Shown here in pieces: positions 61,591 through 64,000 of a DNA stretch of 64,000 nt. The stretch is taken from NCBI GenBank assembly GCA_973895155.1, contig OZ316892.1, positions 26,683,233 through 26,747,232 of the forward strand, in the 5' to 3' direction. How positions within the stretch are numbered: position 1 is the stretch's first letter; each line of letters begins with the position of its first letter. Source of the stretch: Marsupella aquatica (Eukaryota > Plantae > Marchantiophyta). The notes under the pieces are model-generated. The model ran no database searches. It was not told the DNA's origin and saw only the letters and a program-made list of their open reading frames with translations. Made by a program: the position numbers and the translations under genes.

Positions 61591-64000
61591 AAGAGATGGA
61601 GGCTGCCATGTTCTTGTACAGTTCTTGCAAGTCAAAAGACAAGTTTAGAGGGACTGCTCCTCACTTGCTACTGAGTCCACTGACCACGATTGGTGCAACA
61701 TCTGCCCAACCAGCTTCCATTTGTGTTGGCTGGTGCTATAAGGGTAAAGAGCCTCTCTTCCTCTTGACTTTCTGCTGAATTCCTCCATGATCTTGAACTC
61801 CCAACTTCCATGTATGCTTGAGTTTGTCTATGTAGGGCCCTTGTTCACTATAGTCTTCCGGGGTTCTTCCTTCTAAGGGCTCTCCAACCCGTCTGCTTCT
61901 GGGCCCGGATGAGAGCAACATGACCAGCCGGGGAGGGGGGTGGGGCGTATTTTGGAATCCCTACAATGCTGGTCTGTGCACTGGCCCCAATGTTGTGGCC
62001 CCTTTTTTCCTACAAAAGACCAACTGACAACTGTGATTGGCCCTCTTAATTTCCATCAAATGTCTCTGCAGCTTCTCTAGCGAGTCTGTGCACTCAATGC
62101 TTCAAATTTTCTTGTGGTTAAAACCGCGGCTGCCCAATTACGGAGTGTGTGAAAGGAGGGATGGATGGGAACCCTAAGACAGTCCCCTTGAAGAACCCAG
62201 ATGAGATGGCACCTCACCAGTTGCCTGGCTAAATCTTGACCCGGCTCAGGGCTGTCTTCCAGGCTATTTGGTGTGCATCGATGGGAGTGTGATAAGACAG
62301 CAGCCCATTCAAGCACGAATCAAACCAATAGGTAACATTGTGCTCATTACCATACAAATTCTCAATGTTTCTTGGAGGCATTGGAATTTAGACTACGTTG
62401 TCACAACTTCTAGCATGAGATCACATGTCTCACTATGCTACATTGTATTATCTCCTATTTTTCCTCAGTGAAGGGGAGATAACCTGGGAAAACCCCAATG
62501 AGACCAAAGAGAGAAAAATCCCGAGAGTCCCCAAGAATGACTAAAACATTAATCCCTCCTGAGGAACAAACTGAAAAGCCTGGTAGAGCTCCCAAACCCC
62601 ATAGGAGGGTCCCGAAGAGAAATTTGTCCACAACCCCTAAACCCAACAGCATGGGCCCTAATAAGCACCATGAGATTCTCAACCTAAGTTCAACGGAATT
62701 AGAGAAGTGAGTTAGAGGGGACATACATAGAAGCCCATACAAATGGGTCCCAACATCTTAGTTATTCCTTCCTATGAGTATCTTTTCCAAAGTCAGGCTG
62801 CTAATCCTCGTCTTTTCAGGTGAGCTGTATTGTTAAACTTCATATATATATATATAAGTTGTTTGGTTCCATAATTACATAGTTATAGCTAACAATTTAG
62901 CTCGAAAAATATCTAGGCGCATGTGAAGTAGCGCTTCCAATCTTCTAGTTCTGTGCTCTGGTTAGTCTGGATGGCTGATGGGCCAGCTTTGAGCTTGTTT
63001 CGGCCCTGCAACTTATTTTTCCTGCTACAAAATTAAGGGTTTTCCCTTGCCTTAGTATGAGGTCCACCGCCTGCCACAAGCTTGGTTTCCCTTTCAATTG
63101 TAGTTCTGGCCTCTCATATTTTGAGATAATTTTTGTGTAGTTGAGACTCATTTAGCAAAGTACATTATTTTCTAATTCGCATTAAATCTAGCTAGAAAAG
63201 TTTGAAAAGGAAGCTACACTTCAGGGCTAGAATGAAGACTCAAGACCCTAACTCTTGGGGAGACTATTAACAACTATTAACATTCGAAGCACACTTTTAA
63301 CATGGGAAGCATGGGCAGTTACTCTTGCTGGTCTAAAGAGTCATCCTCCTCCCCCCACTATGACGCCCACCCCACTACCTTTCCTAGGTATACAGCAGTT
63401 ACAACTGTAATATCTAAGAAATAAGGATCCCATGTTATACACGAGGAGGAAAAGGTACATTGTTATGTTTTTCTTCAAAGAGGTACACTATTAAATGCAT
63501 CTGATCATTACAAATAACATGAGTGGAAGAGAAAGAGTTGGGAAGTGAAGCAGGTGCCCCACGTGCCCCTCAATTCAGAGGTTCCTGCCAAATCGACAAC
63601 TTTTCCAAATTAACAAATACTCTTATGAAAAATGAAGAATTTACAGGAGGTATTTCACATGAGAACAGGCCACTCAGCAGTTGACTGTGACATTCCATGC
63701 AGCCTTTGAATGCGTGCCTGATACAATCTGAAATCCTGTGTTTCGATATTCCTTGGGGAATTTCTCTCCTTTTCTTAATATACACAAATCTGAAATGCAG
63801 AGGATATACCTCAGTATATAAATCACTGTCAACGAACAATAAAAAGGAGATAGATCACAATGGCACAAAAACTCATTGAAGCAGGAAAACAATAGAAAAC
63901 TCCTGGAAAAGGCTTGGGAAAAAGAGTCCCAACCCCGAAAAGATCTACTCTGTTTACCGTAATTAGTATCATAACTTATATAGTCTCCCTGCATAAATAG

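Overview
Repeat-rich eukaryotic DNA from a land plant; a bryophyte origin is plausible but is only inference. Firmly supported: (i) a full-length ~9.6-kb L1-clade LINE (10974-20560) with a 17-bp target-site duplication, A-rich tail and disabled ORF1/ORF2; (ii) a young Ty1/copia LTR retrotransposon (41958-48452) with 421-bp LTRs differing at 3 positions I could find, GGCTC TSD, tRNA-iMet PBS and a gag/pol frame broken by two in-frame stops; (iii) an intact, intronless K+-dependent vacuolar H+-pyrophosphatase gene (55068-57374). The first 34 kb also hold a locally amplified orphan family of about six modular units. Four units keep an LP(L/V)KKR motif with largely synonymous variation. One unit expands a 69-aa basic repeat into a 545-aa ORF, and three reduce to 22-74 aa ORFs. 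One diverged unit carries an internal inversion and sits next to a ~500-600-nt fold-back. This family is the best candidate for an undescribed system, but its function is unproven. Regions ~34-41 kb, ~49-54 kb and ~58-64 kb look like degraded repeats or pseudogene remnants that I cannot name. All alignments were done by eye, so family boundaries are approximate.
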